Positions 27,045-37,621 are shown, numbered from the stretch's first letter. The stretch is DNA of 64,000 nucleotides from an uncultured virus (IMG/VR IMGVR_UViG_3300028377_000003) (IMGVR_UViG_3300028377_000003:1-64000), one strand, 5' to 3'. The notes: generated from the sequence alone by a model not told the origin. Program-made: numbers and translations.

Positions 27045-30000
27045 TTAATCTGAAAATTGCGTTCTCAAGAAAGCACTTGGTAACCCTCCATACGCGGCCA
27101 CCACGTCGTCCACCCGGTCCATAAGGGCAATTGTTTCTTCAATGCGGCTTATTACGTCTATAAGGTGATCGGTGTCGCCAGCGGTGAGTTCTCTGTCGTC
27201 ACGTTTGCGGTAGTAAAGCCAGCGGCTCAGCACCTGGTGCCCACCCACATGAAACTCCCACACTTCTTTTGAAACGTCCGCGATATATGTTGAGTCGTTT
27301 ATGTACAGACGTCCCATGCCTTCACCTTCTTGGATGTACTTATTTCGTTCTGTTACTAAAAGGCTTTTCCCATGCTTGAAGCGCGCTTTCGTAGTTGGTG
27401 GCGCAGTCTTGCCTAGATGTAGGACAAAGAGGTGCTCGCCAAGGATTACCAACTCTTCAAAGAGGTCCTTTCTAAGAGCTGGTGGAATCCTCGGAAAGTC
27501 CAACTTGAGAGCCTCGAAATAGGCTTCTCTGTATGTGGGGGAGTGAAGGACGGCATAAATATAGTGCAGGCAGTCTAACGCCGGAACGTTCCAGCTTGAG
27601 GGCACAATATCATCCTGTGAAAGATTGCATGCTTTCTCTCGCGACTGATCGCCACCTTCCTTTGCCAAATGCAGTGGAAATGCATAACAATTTGTGCCTC
27701 TGCTCGGCGAAAGAAAGATGACATCCATGAATGTTTCGCTGATAAACGCATGAGCAAAGCTCTGATCACGAATGATTTTGGATGCTAATAATACAGGCCC
27801 TCTGCCGATATGTCCGTGTAACGCTGTAACACCCCTAGTCCAAAGATTGTTGTCGTAGTATGTCCATCTTAGATCAAATGGGCGATAAGCGTACTCGACT
27901 ACTTTCGCTGGGTCGAATTGGTAATCGACTGGATACTCAGCAAGATTACGTTCTGCTTCCGTGAGATTGAGTTCTTTGTCCTCTTGCGCAGCTTTAAGCT
28001 TTTGCCTCTCGATCTTCTGCCGGTGGGCCGCTAGTTTCGGAATTACATCTTCCCGGTTATAGCTGATCAACAAAGAGTCTTTCCCCGGCTTTCCAGCTAC
28101 GTTAGAGAATTTAAAAAGATCGTCGAGTTTCACAAAGGACTCATATACTTCTTCGTGATTAGCAACATAATCTTCGTCACGTGGAATGAACAACCAGTAG
28201 GGTGCGCGAAGGTCCAAATCGAAACTGGTGACTCCGTCAACATTTGAGCGGAGTAATGAGTACTTGGCTTCGCGTGTCCCAGTAATAGCGCGATAGTGAA
28301 CCGATGTACGAGATGAATCACCACCTGTTTTTACCGCAAGCGTTACAGAAGTAGCCTCAGTAATAGGGGGGAAGACATTGTCATCAGGCTGAACTCCATC
28401 TGTAGTGGCAGTTGTGAGTTTGCCGGTCTCTTGAAGGTCTAAGCAGTCTATGAAGTCAAATGTATCAAGATGATGTCGGCGGATCCCTCGGTGGATACGT
28501 CCAGAATAGAAAGTGTTATTACTCACTAAGGCCGCAATTCCGAGGTTGGTCAGCTCTATCCAGTGTTCAGCTATCCGCCAAAATTTTATGTAGTCGTCAT
28601 CTAGCGGCTGGATGTTACCTTCATGAGCACGGACGGGATCTTTATAAGCGGCAACGAGGGCATCGATGTGGGGGTTTTTGTTCTTTGTACTGCGGCTATA
28701 TGGAGGATTACCTACAATCACAGTGAGAGCTGTTTCCCCTTTGACTTTACTGGCCTCGCGAGATTCGTCCGTTAGATTAACTATCCTCGTCCAGTCAAGC
28801 TGAGGCGTGCTGGTCAGTGGGGCCTCTAGCGCATTCGTCAGGAATACATTTATACGGCTATCGTCGGTAGGTTCATATCCCGTTGCTTGCAGAGTAAGTG
28901 CGAGCTTGATGTGACATACGGCATATGGAGCAACCATTAGCTCGAAACCGTGGAGGCGAGGCAGTAGTGAGTCCTCCACGTATTGCGACCAGCTATCAGC
29001 TTCGAGCTTTTTGGTGGTGTCCTTCGATGCAGTACAGAATTCATGATGGATTACCTCAATCACATGCTTGAGGAATGTTCCCGTTCCCGCAGCTGGATCA
29101 AGGATTTGAACCAGAGGCGAATCCGGGTCTGCGACTGGAGGAATGGAGATTTTGGGGTGGCGTTCGACGTACTCCGCCCAGGTGGTGGTGTCAGCAAGCC
29201 CAAGAGGGAGGTGGAGGTTCTCTTTTAAGTGCTGATTTACGGACTCGACGATGTGATGGACCAGCGGATCAGGGGTATAGTATACGCCCCGTTCCTTTCT
29301 CGTTACTGGATCGTACTCCTGCAAAAATGGTTCATAAAAGTGTATCACTGGGTCGGTAGAGATCGTTGGTTCGCCATCTTTGTGGCCGAATATCTGCTCT
29401 ATTTGAATGCGATCAAGGAAGTTGGCGATATCCTCCAATAGCCATTTCTGCTTGGGATCGAAGTTCTCTTGCAGCACGGTCTGAAAGAAACTTCTGAGGA
29501 ATGGGCTGGTAGTCGGCATGTGGTCGAGAGCTGTCTCACGCGTAAAGCGATCCCCCGATACTTGAAATTGGTCTTTTGATATCCACCGAGCTGATAGAAG
29601 CCCATAGGCAAGTGTTTGCGCGTACGCATCGGCAAACTCCTCCTCTGTTTGGTTGTGGATAAGCGCAGCTGTAAATGCTTCATATAGCTTGCACATAGGT
29701 CCATCTTCTTTCTCCGCTTTAAGCTGACGGATAGCTAGGCGTCGAAGATAACGGGCCCTATACGCCAGTTCTTGAGCTAACTCGGTCTGGTTTTCCACCT
29801 CTGCCCGGCTTACCATAAAGAACCGCGAAAGCATGGAGATTAGCCGCGCCGGCCCGATGTAATTGGCTCCTTTCTTTAACAGCTTACCCCGGAGCTCTCG
29901 GTCCCCTTGCCAGAGACCGACCTCGAGCGATGTCTCATCCTTTTGGTCAGTGGTCGGGTAGATAACCAAGACGTTGTGGAAGCGATTGTACTTTTGAAGT

Positions 30001-31100
30001 CTATCGCGAAGTGTATCCGCATCTTCGCCATTTTGGGGCAGGTACACTATGTAACCGAGGAGTCTGTTGGCGACATCATGAATCAAAAAGCCCTTGAGTG
30101 GGTTTTCAAATCCATCCGGCAAGTTCCGGTCCGGATCGATCCCAATATCATGATCACTTAGCAAGTGTCTCCGCGTGACTCGTGCTTGATGGTCATCTGC
30201 TTCGAGACCAAAACTCAGAGCGATTTCCTCGAGGAGATTCGTTATCACATCTTCAAACGATTCTTCAGTCGCTTGACCGCTCAGGACATCCAGGAGCTTT
30301 CTAGCTTCGCGGCGCTCTTCTTCGCGCGCGAACGCCTGTGACCACTTGCCTTCTTGAAGCGGGGCTACGAATCGATGAAAGAGTTGTAGCGTGTAGTCCT
30401 GCTTTAGCTGTGGCTCCCAGGTCACAGCCTCTTGACGTACAGAAAAGCTCTCCATCGGTGGGTGGTCGATCTCAGAAGAGCCCTGAGCGTCCTCCCCTTG
30501 CCGCACGAAATGGACGAGGTGTGCGATGCGCTCGTCGGAAGCACGGTCGTCACGAACCGATAGAACAATCATCGTTTGTTCAGGTCTTCCTACGGGGACG
30601 TACTCTCCGCGTTTGTCCGCGAACGCTTTCTGCTCGTATTTGGCGAATCCCTTCAGTGCCGCTTGGCCAAAGCGATCGAGGGCGTCCTCAATTAGATCCA
30701 ACTTCGCTGCTTGAGGAAAGAGTCGCTTTGATTCCTGCAGCAACTCGCGGCCGGTGGAATCAAATTCGATGATGAGAGTGTGGAAATCGCGACCGTTATC
30801 CGACGGTGCTATATAGTGAACCTTTTCCGGCAGATATTGTAAGGCGCGGTGGTCGGCCTTTAACACCTTATCGCGAGGCCAACCGCTAGGTTCTGCACCT
30901 AGAAGTCGTCGTAGCAAATGACGCGCAAAACTGATCGAGTCCGCGCTGAGGTGCGAACCTCCATCGTTCCGCACCGGCTTGGCCCCTGGGCGTGCGAACT
31001 GTGTTGAGGATCGTGTTGGCCCATCTTCCTCATCTGGCGCAGGTGCGCCAGCGTCGGCAGTAGGATTCTCGAAAAATTGACGAAATTCTTGGAGGTTCAT
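27045..31100 (-). CDS. Large N6-adenine DNA methyltransferase with Type ISP-like C-terminal specificity region
   Basis: GVYYTP, LDPAAGTGTF (motif I), GNPPY (motif IV), YAYRPFD, DFPRIP, VWEFHVGGHQVL; no helicase motifs seen. Confidence 0.88.
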   Translation of the reverse strand: MNLQEFRQFFENPTADAGAPAPDEEDGPTRSSTQFARPGAKPVRNDGGSHLSADSISFARHLLRRLLGAEPSGWPRDKVLKADHRALQYLPEKVHYIAPSDNGRDFHTLIIEFDSTGRELLQESKRLFPQAAKLDLIEDALDRFGQAALKGFAKYEQKAFADKRGEYVPVGRPEQTMIVLSVRDDRASDERIAHLVHFVRQGEDAQGSSEIDHPPMESFSVRQEAVTWEPQLKQDYTLQLFHRFVAPLQEGKWSQAFAREEERREARKLLDVLSGQATEESFEDVITNLLEEIALSFGLEADDHQARVTRRHLLSDHDIGIDPDRNLPDGFENPLKGFLIHDVANRLLGYIVYLPQNGEDADTLRDRLQKYNRFHNVLVIYPTTDQKDETSLEVGLWQGDRELRGKLLKKGANYIGPARLISMLSRFFMVSRAEVENQTELAQELAYRARYLRRLAIRQLKAEKEDGPMCKLYEAFTAALIHNQTEEEFADAYAQTLAYGLLSARWISKDQFQVSGDRFTRETALDHMPTTSPFLRSFFQTVLQENFDPKQKWLLEDIANFLDRIQIEQIFGHKDGEPTISTDPVIHFYEPFLQEYDPVTRKERGVYYTPDPLVHHIVESVNQHLKENLHLPLGLADTTTWAEYVERHPKISIPPVADPDSPLVQILDPAAGTGTFLKHVIEVIHHEFCTASKDTTKKLEADSWSQYVEDSLLPRLHGFELMVAPYAVCHIKLALTLQATGYEPTDDSRINVFLTNALEAPLTSTPQLDWTRIVNLTDESREASKVKGETALTVIVGNPPYSRSTKNKNPHIDALVAAYKDPVRAHEGNIQPLDDDYIKFWRIAEHWIELTNLGIAALVSNNTFYSGRIHRGIRRHHLDTFDFIDCLDLQETGKLTTATTDGVQPDDNVFPPITEATSVTLAVKTGGDSSRTSVHYRAITGTREAKYSLLRSNVDGVTSFDLDLRAPYWLFIPRDEDYVANHEEVYESFVKLDDLFKFSNVAGKPGKDSLLISYNREDVIPKLAAHRQKIERQKLKAAQEDKELNLTEAERNLAEYPVDYQFDPAKVVEYAYRPFDLRWTYYDNNLWTRGVTALHGHIGRGPVLLASKIIRDQSFAHAFISETFMDVIFLSPSRGTNCYAFPLHLAKEGGDQSREKACNLSQDDIVPSSWNVPALDCLHYIYAVLHSPTYREAYFEALKLDFPRIPPALRKDLFEELVILGEHLFVLHLGKTAPPTTKARFKHGKSLLVTERNKYIQEGEGMGRLYINDSTYIADVSKEVWEFHVGGHQVLSRWLYYRKRDDRELTAGDTDHLIDVISRIEETIALMDRVDDVVAAYGGLPSAFLRTQFSD

Positions 31101-31257
31101 ATCACATCCTGAGTGAAGCAATTATCGAGCGTCGTACTGCTTATTGATTAGGAGTCGTTACATCGGCAGCGACGACACCAAGGCTGCGGAACTTTACCAG
31201 CTCAGTCACCGCTCCATATTCCATACGTACCATAGAGCAAGGGGGCCGTCAAGTCTA

Positions 31258-31689
31258 TTACGATGCGTTCCGCATCAGTTTTGCCATCCGGTTGTTGCGT
31301 TTTTTCTCGACCTTGGCATGTTGACGGGCCTCAATAGACTCCCGGATCGAAGCTACCAGTGGGCTCTCCTCGTAGTAATCGCCCGCTGTAGATAATGCCC
31401 GGCCAATGCCAACGTGGCCTTCTCGTGTGCCAAGCACCCGTCTCCAGTGATCGTCTGCCGCCATAATAACGGCTTGGTCCAGCTTGAAGAGAAAGCGGTC
31501 TTTGACGAAATGATCAGAGTCAATATGAGTACCCACACTGATATTTATAGCCTCCTCAGGATATTCCCACGGTCGAAAGCTGATAGATACGGCAGGTTTC
31601 ACTTGGGCATCATTCCGTAAGTAGAGCACCTTCTCGACAATATCAAACAGGAGCTGTTGGATCTCTTGGTTGGCTTCTTCTTTAGTCAT
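31258..31689 (-). CDS. Hypothetical protein
   Basis: MTKEEAN... coupled to the upstream ORF. Confidence 0.65.
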   Translation of the reverse strand: MTKEEANQEIQQLLFDIVEKVLYLRNDAQVKPAVSISFRPWEYPEEAINISVGTHIDSDHFVKDRFLFKLDQAVIMAADDHWRRVLGTREGHVGIGRALSTAGDYYEESPLVASIRESIEARQHAKVEKKRNNRMAKLMRNAS

Positions 31690-32585
31690 TTTCGTACTCC
31701 ACGAAAATCCAGTAGCCACCACGGGGCCGCTGTCCGTTGAAAGAGGGGGATAGATTCTTTCTCTCTACCTTCCCACATAAATTGCAGACCCGGTGCCGTA
31801 CGTCGGCACTGAACTCCTCATTTTCAAGCCTACGCTTTTGGGTCTTCCTCTGCTCGGGGGTACCTGTGATCACAGAAGGCATGTGTGCCCTCTTGTAATG
31901 ACAAAGCCGATACTCATACCTCCAGCTATGGAAGTGGAGGCGTCGATAAAGCCACTGTTTGATCTCTTTCCACATATAGAATCTCCTTGTATCGGAGGTA
32001 GGACCTAACTTACCTTACGGAGCATGGATCTTTGGAACTAACAAGCTGTTGTGAAACGTGTCGTTGATGCAGATACCATTGACGTTGATCTCGACTGCGG
32101 ATTCCGCATTTACTTGAACCTACGGCTCCGACAAGTAACGCTGCAGCCTGTTCGAAGTGATAGCACGACCACGACGACCCCTCAAGGTCCACTGTATGTT
32201 GGTCAACCGTTAGCACGACCCCCACCTCATCGTGCGTGTAGGTGTAGATACGGTCGCCGTACTCATCCTTGCTCGATTTCCGCTGGTAATCGTACCTGCG
32301 GAGTATCTTGTTGAATTCTTTGCGATCCATCTCGGCCTCTCAGACGCCTCCAGAGACGTCGCAGTAGGGAAGGCTTACGTTCGGTCACGTACAGGGTTAC
32401 GAAACAGTCTAGGGCCTCTGGCTGGTCGCTGTACGTCCACATACGTTCGACCACGCGGTACGGATTAGCTTTACCGGGAACCCGGATGAAATCACCCCGG
32501 TCGGGTAGGGTGTTGGGGATTTTGTTGTATCCCCGTATTTCCAAAGTTGGTCCCCCGACCCGTTCGATATAAACTGCGCAAACTG

Positions 32586-33077
32586 TCACTGGTTATCCAT
32601 CATGTGGTGTTCGCAAATCTCGTCGTACATTTCACGGGGAATCCGTTCCCGCACGGCGGTATCCAGCCGTCGCATATTTGAATACGCCAAATTCCAGTGG
32701 CCGTCACGGGCATTCGTGAGGACGTATTCCAGACTGTCCGCATCATCCTCGTACATCTCAGCCAAGTCCGGGTCCTTTTCCTTTTCCCGGACGTCGTGGG
32801 CTTGTTTACGGAAATGCGTAACCACCTGTTCGAATTCGCGGAAAATATCTTCCAGCGGAACCGCCTCTTTGCGGTACGGACGCCACGGGATATCGTCGAC
32901 GGCTTCATCTTCTTCGAAGAACAACTGCGGGCTTGCATCGCGGTCGGTACTCACCGCATTGAAAAATACCCATTCGTTGCCCTCATTGTTCCAGAACTTC
33001 GACTTGGGGATGCGACGATAGCGGTGGCCATCCTTAACGAAAATGCCGTTTTTAACAACGTTGCCGAATGTGTACAT
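32586..33077 (-). CDS. Hypothetical protein
   Basis: 163 aa; promoter copy at 33111-33145. Confidence 0.75.
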   Translation of the reverse strand: MYTFGNVVKNGIFVKDGHRYRRIPKSKFWNNEGNEWVFFNAVSTDRDASPQLFFEEDEAVDDIPWRPYRKEAVPLEDIFREFEQVVTHFRKQAHDVREKEKDPDLAEMYEDDADSLEYVLTNARDGHWNLAYSNMRRLDTAVRERIPREMYDEICEHHMMDNQ

Positions 33078-33230
33078 GGTCGAATCTCCGTGTGTCTTAT
33101 GTGTTACCAGTAACCTATACCCTAAGTGTACCTACTCCGTCAAAAGTCCTAGAGAGCAAGTAGGCTTCGGAGCGCTGGAGGTCAAGGTCGAATAGCCCCA
33201 CTACTGTGGGGCATTCGAAGGGGCCTTGAT

Positions 33231-34088
33231 TTAGCGCTTCGCGGATCTGTGCGGCTGGTACTTCACGTTTTTGGCACGGTAGCCAGCAACCAACTGGTCG
33301 TAGGCGTCTTCGCCCATGAAGTGTCGCACAAGGTCAAGGTAGATGGCGCAAAACAGACGACCGTGGCCAGCGTGCGGCTTCGGAACCAAGGCGTGCGTCA
33401 GTTCGTGAATCAGGATGCGTTCGCACATGTGGTTTTTGGTGCTGAGGCGGATGCTACCGTTGCTGTAGCAAGCGCTGCCGCTACCTCGGCCCGGTCGAAG
33501 CGTGACGTTCGGGTTGTTGAAACGGCGGTTGAACCATGCCGAATTCAACATCTTGTCCAAGTAGCGCTCCGCCTGACGGAAAGTTTTGAACTCGGTGCCA
33601 CGGGTGCATTTCTTTTCAGCATCGTACAGCTTCTGGCGCTGACCATCATACTCATCGCCACGCTTACGGATCGTGGTGCCGTCCAAATAGCGCCTCGACG
33701 CTTTGATGTACGTGGGCGGGTTGCTCAGGTCACAAGCGGCTTTCAACACATCAGCGGACCGGCCAGCGGCTTCCCTCGCCCGTCTGTTTCGAACCTCTTT
33801 GTTGTTGGACCGGTACGAATAGCTGGTGGTGGTTTTGATTTTCACCCGGCTGGCCTTCGGCTGCGGGGCCGATTGGCGGCTAGGCTCGGCACTCGGGGCC
33901 GGTTTGCAAAGCGAAGGCGGCACGTTCCATCGGCCACCCTTGCGATGCGTCTTTTTGGTACCGCGCACTTCCAGCGTCTCTACTTTGAAATTTTTGCGGT
34001 TGATTTTGACGATCTTGCCGAGGGTTTTCTCACCGCTGCCTCGACCGAACAGCACTTTCATTCCAACTTTTCCATCACTTTTAAGCAT
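33231..34088 (-). CDS. SprT-like/zincin metallopeptidase domain protein
   Basis: ILIHELTHAL...HGRLF; ATG at 34088 with GGAG RBS. Confidence 0.75.
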   Translation of the reverse strand: MLKSDGKVGMKVLFGRGSGEKTLGKIVKINRKNFKVETLEVRGTKKTHRKGGRWNVPPSLCKPAPSAEPSRQSAPQPKASRVKIKTTTSYSYRSNNKEVRNRRAREAAGRSADVLKAACDLSNPPTYIKASRRYLDGTTIRKRGDEYDGQRQKLYDAEKKCTRGTEFKTFRQAERYLDKMLNSAWFNRRFNNPNVTLRPGRGSGSACYSNGSIRLSTKNHMCERILIHELTHALVPKPHAGHGRLFCAIYLDLVRHFMGEDAYDQLVAGYRAKNVKYQPHRSAKR

Positions 34089-34127
34089 CGTCGTCTCCGT
34101 TTGGTTCGTAGTAGGTGTCGTCCCTTG

Positions 34128-34210
34128 CTTCACTAACCTATACCCTAGTGTCATAGGTCTGTCAAAAGTTTCTTTGAGTTTTGACAGAAGGCGTAACCCT
34201 ACGGTATAGG
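34128..34210. promoter_or_regulatory. Back-to-back divergent promoter copies
   Basis: Minus copy at 34128-34167 (CTAGGGTATAGGTTAGTGAAG); plus copy TTTTGAC-N19-TATAGG at 34179-34210. Confidence 0.8.
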
Positions 34211-34244
34211 GGAGTAGAACATAACGTGACTGTAGGAGATCGAA

Positions 34245-34736
34245 ATGCTACTGATTAAAGCTGTCCAATTCGCCAGTGAAAAACACAAGGGTCAAACCCG
34301 CAAGGTGTCTGGGTTGCCTTACGTTATCCACCCCATCACGGTGGCGTTTCTGTTGGCGGACAACAAAGAGTCCAAGCGGCTTGAAGAATTGATGGTCGCC
34401 TGCCTCCTGCACGACACGCTGGAAGATACGGACACAACCTTCGAAGAGTTAGCCAGTGAATTCACGCCGCTGGTAGCGTCGTTGGTTCACGAACTGACGT
34501 CGGACGACGATGAGATTGAGCGTATCGGCAAAAACGAATATCTCACCAAGAAAATGACCGGCATGTCTAGCTATGCGTTGGTCATCAAACTTGCCGATCG
34601 TCTGTCAAACATCATGGACAGTCCGACTGAATCGTACCGTGAAGATACTGCGGATATGCTGAACACGTTGGAAACGAAACGCAATCTATCCGGGAGCCAA
34701 GTCAAGATCGTCGGTGAGATTCGCAAACTGCTGTAG
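34245..34736 (+). CDS. Small alarmone hydrolase-like HD protein ((p)ppGpp hydrolase/Mesh1 family)
   Basis: HKGQTRK..GLPYVIHP, LHDTLEDT, IKLADRLSNI. Confidence 0.88.
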   Translation: MLLIKAVQFASEKHKGQTRKVSGLPYVIHPITVAFLLADNKESKRLEELMVACLLHDTLEDTDTTFEELASEFTPLVASLVHELTSDDDEIERIGKNEYLTKKMTGMSSYALVIKLADRLSNIMDSPTESYREDTADMLNTLETKRNLSGSQVKIVGEIRKLL

Positions 34737-34744
34737 GGTCGGAC

Positions 34745-35293
34745 ATGATTTTATTCATACAAGGCGCACCGGGGGTGGGTAAAACCACCCTCGCACATAG
34801 CTTGCTAGAACACTTCAGGGATAGCGTGGTGATCGAGGTCGATCACATCCGCCAAGCATTGCCAGAAAACGACTGGACAGACGACTGGCAACATACCGAA
34901 GCTATCCAACAGGCTCTTGTGGGCGCTTTAGAGCGTCAAGGGCGTGATCTGGTGATGCTTGTGGACACGTTTTACCAAGGCAAGATCGTCGCCCCCGTGG
35001 ACGTTATGAAAGAGGAGGGGGTGACGCATAGGGTAGTGTCTCTGGTTGCGAACCGGGAAGCGCTACAGGCCCGTATGGCCCGTATGGACCGTCGTGACCA
35101 CGGGTTCACAGACATTGATGCGGCGGTTGAGGTCAATGCCGATATCTGGGAGTTCCGGTGTGATAGCGAGATATGTATTCACACAGGGGATCTGGATGCA
35201 GATCAAGTGTTCAACATGGTGGCGGGGATGCTTGAGCGGGGGTTCGGCCTGATCCCTAAAACCGCTTGCTTAACTTCCGAAGCCCCCGAATGA
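34745..35293 (+). CDS. P-loop small-molecule/nucleotide kinase-like protein
   Basis: GAPGVGKTT Walker A, EVDHIR, lid ARMAR. Confidence 0.8.
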   Translation: MILFIQGAPGVGKTTLAHSLLEHFRDSVVIEVDHIRQALPENDWTDDWQHTEAIQQALVGALERQGRDLVMLVDTFYQGKIVAPVDVMKEEGVTHRVVSLVANREALQARMARMDRRDHGFTDIDAAVEVNADIWEFRCDSEICIHTGDLDADQVFNMVAGMLERGFGLIPKTACLTSEAPE

Positions 35294-35350
35294 AATCAAA
35301 AAAATCGAATTTGGTCTGCACCAAAAATTTGGCTGATTTACCCTCAAAAT
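35259..35350. repeat. About 90-bp A-tract-rich element, copy 2
   Basis: Matches 7922-8014 (17-bp identical core plus collinear blocks). Confidence 0.75.
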
Positions 35351-35357
35351 GAGGGCC

Positions 35358-35954
35358 TCATTCGTCTTCCATAAGCTCATTCAACTTCGCCCACATCCCA
35401 TTGCGCTCTATGCCTGCAAGGAATTCTTCCTCTGCGGACTTAACATACCCCGCGTCCCTGTGCGACATTTCTAACGACGCACGCCCTTCCACCCCTCTTA
35501 GCAACTCAGCTACTTGCGTCCTCCGGTCACGCCGAACCGAAGGCGATGAATAACCGTCACCATCGAGGTCGAGGCCCTCCATAGATTTCAATTGGGGTTC
35601 CTCGGGTTCCATAGGTTCCTTCCCCTCGGCGCGGTCGTCGTGATCACGGGCCATTTGCATGATTACGGACCGGTTCACATGGAAATCCTCTTCCACCTCT
35701 TCCACCTCATCCTCAGTACGCCCCAGCTTGACGAATTCGCTCAAGAGAAGGCGGGATTGGACAGAGGTGAGCGTCCTATCTTTAAGGGTTTCTACGTTAA
35801 CCTCGATTCTGATCTCTTCGCCTTCGATAGACACTTGATTGAGGCTATACACATACATCCCCTTAAAGAGGATATCTTCGTTGATAAGCTCCGCCACTTG
35901 ATCCTGTAACTTGGTCTGTAAAGACGATAGCCATTTGAGTTCGCGCAGGTTCAT
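35358..35954 (-). CDS. Acidic hypothetical protein
   Basis: 198 aa, ATGA-coupled. Confidence 0.75.
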   Translation of the reverse strand: MNLRELKWLSSLQTKLQDQVAELINEDILFKGMYVYSLNQVSIEGEEIRIEVNVETLKDRTLTSVQSRLLLSEFVKLGRTEDEVEEVEEDFHVNRSVIMQMARDHDDRAEGKEPMEPEEPQLKSMEGLDLDGDGYSSPSVRRDRRTQVAELLRGVEGRASLEMSHRDAGYVKSAEEEFLAGIERNGMWAKLNELMEDE

Positions 35955-36661
35955 GTAAGTTCCGTTCCGTTTTTTCGAAGCAGGTAATCGTCGCTGACGC
36001 TTTTGAGTTGGACCCGGCCAATCAGGAGATCACGCCGCTCCTCTGTAGGTCTAACTACGACCCCTTCCCGGATATGCGCCTCTTCACCACTGACTGTTTC
36101 AGCGCCGGTAGTTAGTTGAAGCATTTTGGCTTTCGAAAAGGGGCCACGGTAAAGTACCGGCACCCGTTCGAATCCGCGCTCTTCACAAAACTGCGTGAGT
36201 TCGTCGTCGTTGAGGTACCGACCGTGTTGAGGTTGACCCTCGTACACATCGAACACGCGGAAACCTAACGTCTCATCCGATTTTGTGTGTGCCCCGTAAC
36301 CCAAATCTTGGACCCCTGAGCCAAACACCTCGCCAATAACGAAGATCGGCACCTCGTAATCGGCCAACCTTTCCAGTGCGTTGAGGTGCCGGGCTACCCG
36401 AAGGTACAGGTTGTTTGCGTTCTGTTCGGCCTCCGGTTTGAAAGCCAGCCCTTTCGACCCCAGCCCTTTCGAACATACGACGAGACGCCCGTAATCTTGG
36501 TAGGTCAACTGCTGAGGGATCACACCAATCTGGCACCATGAGTTATGAACTAACACACCATTGGCGAAAAAATTATGATTCCCACGGACCTGTAAGTCAT
36601 ATCGATCCGAATCATGACTTTCCAGTTTTCTGATACTCTTGATCTTGACCTTTTTAGGCAT
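35951..36661 (-). CDS. Split intein C-fragment (40 aa) fused to the C-terminal half of an RNA ligase
   Basis: YDLQVRGNHNFFANGVLVHN|S (blocks F/G); then ligase motifs IGEVFG, FRVFDV, REGVVV, LKSVS. Confidence 0.93.
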   Translation of the reverse strand: MPKKVKIKSIRKLESHDSDRYDLQVRGNHNFFANGVLVHNSWCQIGVIPQQLTYQDYGRLVVCSKGLGSKGLAFKPEAEQNANNLYLRVARHLNALERLADYEVPIFVIGEVFGSGVQDLGYGAHTKSDETLGFRVFDVYEGQPQHGRYLNDDELTQFCEERGFERVPVLYRGPFSKAKMLQLTTGAETVSGEEAHIREGVVVRPTEERRDLLIGRVQLKSVSDDYLLRKNGTELT

Positions 36662-37556
36662 CTTTTACTCCTATATATTCATCTAACTTATCGCAACAAT
36701 CTTCCCAATCTTCGTTAATAATATCCTTCTCCCACAAAACCAGAACGTCGAATCCAGCTTCGTTTGCTAAAGTTACACGTTCGGCATCATAATCCCATTT
36801 CTCTTGAGCAGTCATACTCTCTTGAGGGTAATTAAAAACATCATCCGCATTGTAAATTTCAGGGTTGGCGTGCCAATAATCACCATGCACCTCTATCAAC
36901 TTGGTAGTTCCTTCTACATGGATGTCGAAAAACGCCTTTTTATCGCCATCTTTATCTAAGTGAAACTCCACGGAACAAGGGATTCCTATTTTACTCAAGT
37001 ATTGGTACACTTGTTGGTGGATGGAAGAGAATACCATTGACTGAGCAATCTTGGAGCGATACCAGTCTAGAGTCCATAAGTTCCTAGTACCATACCTTTC
37101 TTCATAAGATTGCTTAATCTTCTCCTTAACGCTTTCCCTTTGAAAAACATTGGTAATACCCTCTTCTTCTAGCAGCCTTGCCTCCCACTCGTGTCTAGAA
37201 GGGTGATCAGCACAAAAATTATGAGGGGAACCATATTTATCCAAGTGTGTGTCTTTAGCCCTCTGCCTAGCTTTAGGCATCTTTTTAGCTGCGGAGATGG
37301 ATCTGGTTTCGATCCCAAATTCTTTCATTTTCCTATTAATAGTAGCCACTGAAGATAATCCCAATTCTTGCGCAATGTGTGACATGGCTTTCCCTTGTTG
37401 AACATAATGTGCGTAAAGGAATTCTTCGGTTAGGGTGGAGTCTCGCCACTCCTTCCAAGCTGAACATCTAGATAAATGTCCACTTTTTGTGTATTTGCTT
37501 TTTAGAGGTAAGGTAGTATTACAATAAGGACAATTCCAATCTTCATAGTCTGACAT
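36654..37556 (-). CDS. Free-standing Vsr-like (EDxHD/DUF559-type) homing endonuclease
   Basis: VEF...FDI...IEVHGDYWH...YD...GFDVLVLWE; N-terminal Zn finger/HTH and KYG-type repeats; AT-rich. Confidence 0.82.
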   Translation of the reverse strand: MSDYEDWNCPYCNTTLPLKSKYTKSGHLSRCSAWKEWRDSTLTEEFLYAHYVQQGKAMSHIAQELGLSSVATINRKMKEFGIETRSISAAKKMPKARQRAKDTHLDKYGSPHNFCADHPSRHEWEARLLEEEGITNVFQRESVKEKIKQSYEERYGTRNLWTLDWYRSKIAQSMVFSSIHQQVYQYLSKIGIPCSVEFHLDKDGDKKAFFDIHVEGTTKLIEVHGDYWHANPEIYNADDVFNYPQESMTAQEKWDYDAERVTLANEAGFDVLVLWEKDIINEDWEDCCDKLDEYIGVKDA

Positions 37557-37621
37557 GGTTCCCTTTTCCTGTAGTCAATGAACTACAGAGAAAATCCACA
37601 AAAGGATAACCATGCGTCTTT

